32,000 nt of DNA from Candidatus Profftella armatura (GTDB lineage: Bacteria > Pseudomonadota > Gammaproteobacteria > Burkholderiales > Burkholderiaceae). Positions within the stretch are counted from its first letter, which is position 1. Each line of letters starts with the position of its first letter. The translations under genes were made by a program, and so were the position numbers. The stretch is taken from positions 427,400 to 459,399 of the forward strand of contig NC_021885.1 in assembly GCF_000441555.1 (NCBI RefSeq), read 5' to 3'. This document shows, one piece after another, positions 30,676 to 32,000 of the stretch. The notes beneath the pieces are model-generated. The model searched no databases and was not told the DNA's origin. It saw only the letters and a list, made by a program, of their open reading frames with translations.

Positions 30676-31893
30676 TTAAATTGAAAAAATATTTTTACCA
30701 GAATAATTATAAAATTCACCTAAATCTTCTTCAATTCTTAATAATTGATTATATTTTATTATATTTTCTTGAAAAAAAATTGAGTTAATTTTTATTTGCG
30801 ATGCATTAGCACCAAGAGTAATATCGATTATGCTGGAATCTTCTGTTGTATTTATATCACATGAAATTATTATATTATATCCAAATTTTTTTATTTTTTC
30901 AATATTTTTTAGAATTTCAGTTAATGTATTATATTGATTTAATTTTATTAAAATGGAATTATTAATATTTTTTTTCATATTTTTTAAAAAAATTTTATTA
31001 TTATTAAAAAATAAATTTTTACCAATTAATTGAATTTTGTTTTTTAATTCTTTATTTAAATATTTTTTACCTTCCAAATCGTTTTCTGCTATACCATCTT
31101 TAATGCTTATAATTGGATATTTGTTGCATAATGAAATTAATAAATTTATCATTTGAATTGAATTTAATTTTAAATTTTCATTTAATTGGTAAAAATTATT
31201 TTTATAATATTTATTAGAAGAAAAATCTAAACCAATTGCTATTTGTTTTCCTGCTTCGTACCCAGATTTTTTAATTGCTTGTAAAATATATTTTATTATT
31301 TTTTCTGTTTTTTCTAAATTTTTGTGATCATATGAAAATTTATTTTTTATATTTTTTTTTATAAAAAGTATTTTTTTGAATATTTTAATTACTTTAATTC
31401 CATAATGAATCGCTTCTTTAAAACTAGAAGCTCCAATTGGAATGATCATAAATTCTTTAATTCCCAATTCATTAAAACATATTTTATTATTAGTATTAGT
31501 AATGCCAAATATTGGAACAGGTATACTGATTTCTCTGCTTCCGCTTATATAACGATATAATGGTAGGCCAAGTTCATTAGACGAAGCTTTAGCGATTGCA
31601 ATTGAAACAGAAAGTAATGCATTTTTTATAAATTGTGATTTATTTTTACTTAAATTAGTTAAAGTATAATCTAAAAAAAATTGTTCATTAGAAGAAAAAC
31701 CCATAATAGCTTCAGAAATTTCTGTGTTAATATATTTACAAGATTCTAATGTTTCATTTTTTTTTATTAAAAATTTGGATGATATAGATGCGCGACCTAA
31801 AATACCGGATTCTAATAATATATCGCATTCAATAGCAGGAAAACCTTGTGAATCTATAATTTCTCTTCCAATAATATCTACAATTGCACTCAT
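30676..31893 (-). CDS. eno: Enolase-family protein with a degenerate active site (likely non-catalytic)
   Basis: The 405-aa ORF keeps enolase end blocks: MSAIVDIIGREIIDSQGFP, IKEFMIIP, NSILIKLNQ and KYNQLLRIEE. It lacks PSGASTG, GGEHA, GDEGG, the Glu of SIEDG, the GDD pair and SHRSGETED. Confidence 0.85.
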   Translation of the reverse strand: MSAIVDIIGREIIDSQGFPAIECDILLESGILGRASISSKFLIKKNETLESCKYINTEISEAIMGFSSNEQFFLDYTLTNLSKNKSQFIKNALLSVSIAIAKASSNELGLPLYRYISGSREISIPVPIFGITNTNNKICFNELGIKEFMIIPIGASSFKEAIHYGIKVIKIFKKILFIKKNIKNKFSYDHKNLEKTEKIIKYILQAIKKSGYEAGKQIAIGLDFSSNKYYKNNFYQLNENLKLNSIQMINLLISLCNKYPIISIKDGIAENDLEGKKYLNKELKNKIQLIGKNLFFNNNKIFLKNMKKNINNSILIKLNQYNTLTEILKNIEKIKKFGYNIIISCDINTTEDSSIIDITLGANASQIKINSIFFQENIIKYNQLLRIEEDLGEFYNYSGKNIFSI

Positions 31894-32000
31894 TAATTTT
31901 CCTAAGGTTTTATGAAATAAAAATTTTTTTATGAAATAGTAAGTAGATTAAATTAATGATTAATATATTTTGTATTAATAAAAAATTTTTTATATATTTA

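Noticed and set aside
31724-31915. 63-aa plus-strand ORF antisense to the 5' end of the enolase homologue
   Set aside because: It is a chance antisense frame with no motif support.
1-32000. Scan for mobile elements, prophage genes, toxin-antitoxin pairs, restriction-modification or other defence systems, rRNA, tmRNA and RNase P RNA
   Set aside because: No transposase, integrase or phage-like ORFs and no terminal inverted repeats were found. No GC-rich structured RNA was seen other than the six tRNAs and the intron. Every long ORF is accounted for by a housekeeping family.

Overview
The window is extremely AT-rich, gene-dense and syntenic housekeeping DNA. It looks like the reduced genome of an obligate endosymbiont, probably betaproteobacterial: the Rho N-terminal motif [11 protein letters not shown], the adjacent ahcY and metK, the AddAB system, and an Azoarcus-type intron in tRNA-Ile all point that way. 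The genetic code is standard (TGA is used as a stop and Trp is TGG). Genes present are sucDC, rpoH, a Nuc-like PLD endonuclease, L31 type B, rho, trxA, addBA, the rpsU-dnaG-rpoD operon, rsmB, ahcY, metK, an alpha/beta hydrolase, birA, ileS-lspA, rsmE, tadA, a TatD-family hydrolase, an enolase homologue and six tRNAs. I saw no IS elements, prophage, CRISPR or defence islands. Six things are worth a second look. (1) tRNA-Ile(CAU) is split by a 271-nt group I intron. (2) A full-length enolase homologue has lost most catalytic and Mg-binding residues. (3) rho is N-terminally truncated, with a still-recognisable in-frame coding relic upstream. (4) A 29/24-bp tandem array lies between rho and rpmE. 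(5) A G11+G7 homopolymer tract sits inside a coding region. (6) A roughly 1.6-kb ORF-free spacer contains a perfect 22-bp tandem duplication.
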